Made by a program: the position numbers and the translations under genes | In this document: piece by piece, positions 61,651 through 64,000 of the stretch | How the letters are laid out: every line of letters starts with the position of its first letter | Numbering within the stretch: position 1 is the first letter of the stretch | DNA from: a virus | Lineage: Duplodnaviria; Caudoviricetes | Direction: 5' to 3' (one strand) | DNA length: 64,000 bases | Virus record (IMG/VR): IMGVR_UViG_3300027736_000043 | Location: 1,903-65,902 of that record | Notes under the pieces: model-generated | Seen by the model: only the letters and a program-made list of their open reading frames with translations | Told to the model about the DNA's origin: nothing | Database searches by the model: none

Positions 61651-62354
61651 ATTCAATTCAAATTGTATTTCCTAAAGGTGCCGGCGGCAGTTGGTTAGCT
61701 AGTTTGATTTGGAATCTACAAACTCAAAATTGGGCAATTCCAAAAATCAATACAAACTTTGATAACGAGCCAATGGGATCAGTATTACGAGATCATTATC
61801 CATCTACACATTACGTAGATAGTGCAATTCCTAAATTGTTATTATCTACAAATCGATTTTTTAACGTGTATTTAAATCATGTAAAAAAAATTTTATATCC
61901 AATACATCATGCAGACTCGGCAGCCGATGGTTCTAGAATTGTTCTGTTGGCTGATAAAATACAACCGTGGTTAACCGACCAGGATTTTAAAAATTTTTAC
62001 TGTACAAATATAGACTTAGAATATGAATTAATTTTTTCTGATGAGTTAAAATTTATTAAACGCTTGTATGAAATCTTAGATCAATATAAGATTTCATATA
62101 TTAAAAATAAAAAATACATAAGAGACAGCATGACAAATTATCGATCCACCTGCGAGTCTCCGGAAAAACATCTAGGCAATATTGACAGCTTTGAATGGTT
62201 GGGATTTTGTTTGGCCATGTCTAGAGTTAAAAACATAACTGTAGACCAATTTGATCTATTAGATACTATTGATAACATAAAACCAAAGTTTTATCATTTG
62301 CAGTCAACAGCATTGGAATTTGTCAAACCTTATATGTTCGAATGGAAACAATGA
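61647..62354 (+). CDS. Hypothetical protein, possible sulfotransferase-like fold (AT-rich)
   Basis: IVFPKGAGGSWLASL P-loop-like N-terminus, and LEYE. Confidence 0.45.
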   Translation: MNSIQIVFPKGAGGSWLASLIWNLQTQNWAIPKINTNFDNEPMGSVLRDHYPSTHYVDSAIPKLLLSTNRFFNVYLNHVKKILYPIHHADSAADGSRIVLLADKIQPWLTDQDFKNFYCTNIDLEYELIFSDELKFIKRLYEILDQYKISYIKNKKYIRDSMTNYRSTCESPEKHLGNIDSFEWLGFCLAMSRVKNITVDQFDLLDTIDNIKPKFYHLQSTALEFVKPYMFEWKQ

Positions 62355-63343
62355 ATACCCGTCCTCTTTTGTTGTCACATGCACCGGCATCACCAATGAA
62401 TCCCACAGTGCGATATCTGTTTGAAAAATATTTTACTGTGGAAGAATATCGTAGTGATCAAAGTTACAATCCTACTAGTACATTGATAGTAGTACCTTGC
62501 TGGCATGCAGCTGATTGGTGCTATCAACTACACGAGCAAGGATTTAGTATAGTAATTGATAATCTTTGGGAACCTACCAATAGATATCAAGCCTGGCATT
62601 GCAATCAAACGTGGGATTTAGCCCGTATGCATGTCATGCACAATATCAATTGGTTTTGGTATCATGAAAGTTTACGATTATTTCACACAGGATTTCAGTA
62701 CACACCTTTGCCCTCATATGAACGGCTGGCTCTGATGCCCATGCGTAAACAGGCCTATCATAGAACAAGATTACATAAAGCTATGCAACCTTGGTTAGAC
62801 GATTGTTATTGGAGTTACCTTGAACAAGGGCACGGATTACCAAACGATCAAGACACCAATGACTGGAGCACACAGCGGTATGTAAATACTGATTGGTATG
62901 ATCATACTTGCTTTAGCCTAGTGGCAGAAACCTTTGACGATACTGTAACTTGGCAGCAATTCGGAGAACTAGCTAAACCATATTATGGTCCGTGGCCATT
63001 CGTTACAGAAAAAACATTCAAACCCATACAGTATCAACACCCATTTATGGTATACGGACAACAAAACACATTGAAATTCTTGCATGATCTGGGGTTTGAA
63101 ACTTTTGAAAATTTGTTTGATGAAAGTTATGATAACATAAACTCCGATACCATTCAAGGTGACGAGTATGATAGCAAATTGCAAATGATAATTAGCAATG
63201 TAAAAAACTTTAGTAAACAACCAAGAGATCTGTTGACACAGGAAAAAATTCGCCATAATCATGCTCATTTTACAAATCAATCGTTGGTAGAATCAAAATT
63301 TATAAATGAAATTGTACACCCGCTGCTGGAGTTTGTGCAATGA
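62342..63343 (+). CDS. Glycosyltransferase-like protein (TET...TEK..KP family)
   Basis: SLVAET...VTEKTFKPIQYQHPF...GFETF...DESYD. Confidence 0.55.
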   Translation: METMNTRPLLLSHAPASPMNPTVRYLFEKYFTVEEYRSDQSYNPTSTLIVVPCWHAADWCYQLHEQGFSIVIDNLWEPTNRYQAWHCNQTWDLARMHVMHNINWFWYHESLRLFHTGFQYTPLPSYERLALMPMRKQAYHRTRLHKAMQPWLDDCYWSYLEQGHGLPNDQDTNDWSTQRYVNTDWYDHTCFSLVAETFDDTVTWQQFGELAKPYYGPWPFVTEKTFKPIQYQHPFMVYGQQNTLKFLHDLGFETFENLFDESYDNINSDTIQGDEYDSKLQMIISNVKNFSKQPRDLLTQEKIRHNHAHFTNQSLVESKFINEIVHPLLEFVQ

Positions 63344-64000
63344 GTTTATGTATGGCTCCGTGGGTACATACTTACCTAAGCCCACAAACAGAGCGGCGCA
63401 TGTGCTGTGCCAGCAGAGAGCCTGCACAGAACTTTCAGCAATATATAGATACCAGCACCGGATCAGGTACCTATATACCTATCACACTGGAACAACATTG
63501 GAACAGTGACCATATGAAAAGTGTTCGCAGAAGAATGATGGCTGGAGAGCAATTGCCTGAATGTGAAGTGTGTAACGATCAGTTATTAAACACTGATGTT
63601 TACCGCACATATTTCTGGCATCTTTTTAAGCATAAGTATTCTGACGCAATAGCAGCTACCAGTGAAGATGGGTACTATGAGCCATTGCCTGTGAGTTGGG
63701 ATTATAGATTTAGTAATCTTTGCAATTTTAAATGTAGAACTTGTGGAGACATGTTGAGCAGTGCTTGGGAAACTGAGCAGAAACAACATAGCATGATCAA
63801 TTGGTCTAATCCCAAAAACTTATGGATGCAGGATGATGTAAAAAAGCAAATTGAAAAGTTTCAAGACTCCATAGTTGAGCAAGAATTTTCACAAGCTGTA
63901 GAACAACATCGAATTGAAGAAGTGTACTGGGTGGGCGGCGAGCCCTTGATGTACGAACAGCACTGGCGATACATGCAGCGCATAATAGAATTAGGGGACG
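63340..64000 (+). CDS. Radical SAM protein with an N-terminal twitch/SPASM-like domain, truncated by the window edge
   Basis: Manual translation gives MSLCMAPWVHTYLSPQTERRMCCAS...CEVC...RFSNLCNFKCRTC...VGGEP. Confidence 0.88.
   Translation, partial: MSLCMAPWVHTYLSPQTERRMCCASREPAQNFQQYIDTSTGSGTYIPITLEQHWNSDHMKSVRRRMMAGEQLPECEVCNDQLLNTDVYRTYFWHLFKHKYSDAIAATSEDGYYEPLPVSWDYRFSNLCNFKCRTCGDMLSSAWETEQKQHSMINWSNPKNLWMQDDVKKQIEKFQDSIVEQEFSQAVEQHRIEEVYWVGGEPLMYEQHWRYMQRIIELGD

Noticed and set aside
1-64000. Stop-codon reassignment, as seen in some large phages
   Set aside because: Core genes are full length in code 11 and coding density is high. TAA and TGA are common stops and TAG ends gp25.
1-64000. 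tRNA/rRNA genes, integrase, transposase or reverse transcriptase (DGR)
   Set aside because: None recognisable. Intergenic space outside 8133-8580 is too short, and no such protein motifs were seen.

Overview
64 kb of a large T4-like (myovirus-type, probably jumbo) dsDNA bacteriophage genome, read in standard code 11. Left to right it contains: the 5' part of the portal gene and a probable tape-measure gene with ten ~144-bp repeats (minus strand); a divergent gp26/gp51-like pair joined by a candidate -1 slippery site; a three-gene cassette including an aminoacyl-tRNA-protein transferase-like gene; a ~450-nt ORF-free, highly structured element whose G-U pairs point to a minus-strand RNA; a GIY-YIG nuclease; the T4-like gp55-gp47-gp46 block interleaved with radical SAM and sulfotransferase-like genes; a baseplate/tail module (gp53-, hub-, gp5-, gp25-, gp6-like, a 5046-aa giant, and a 1232-aa fibre with chlorovirus-glycoprotein-like motifs); and a dense operon of glycosyltransferase-like, sulfotransferase-like and five radical SAM genes running off the right edge. 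Eight radical SAM genes are visible in total. All product calls come from motif recognition by eye, not database searches.
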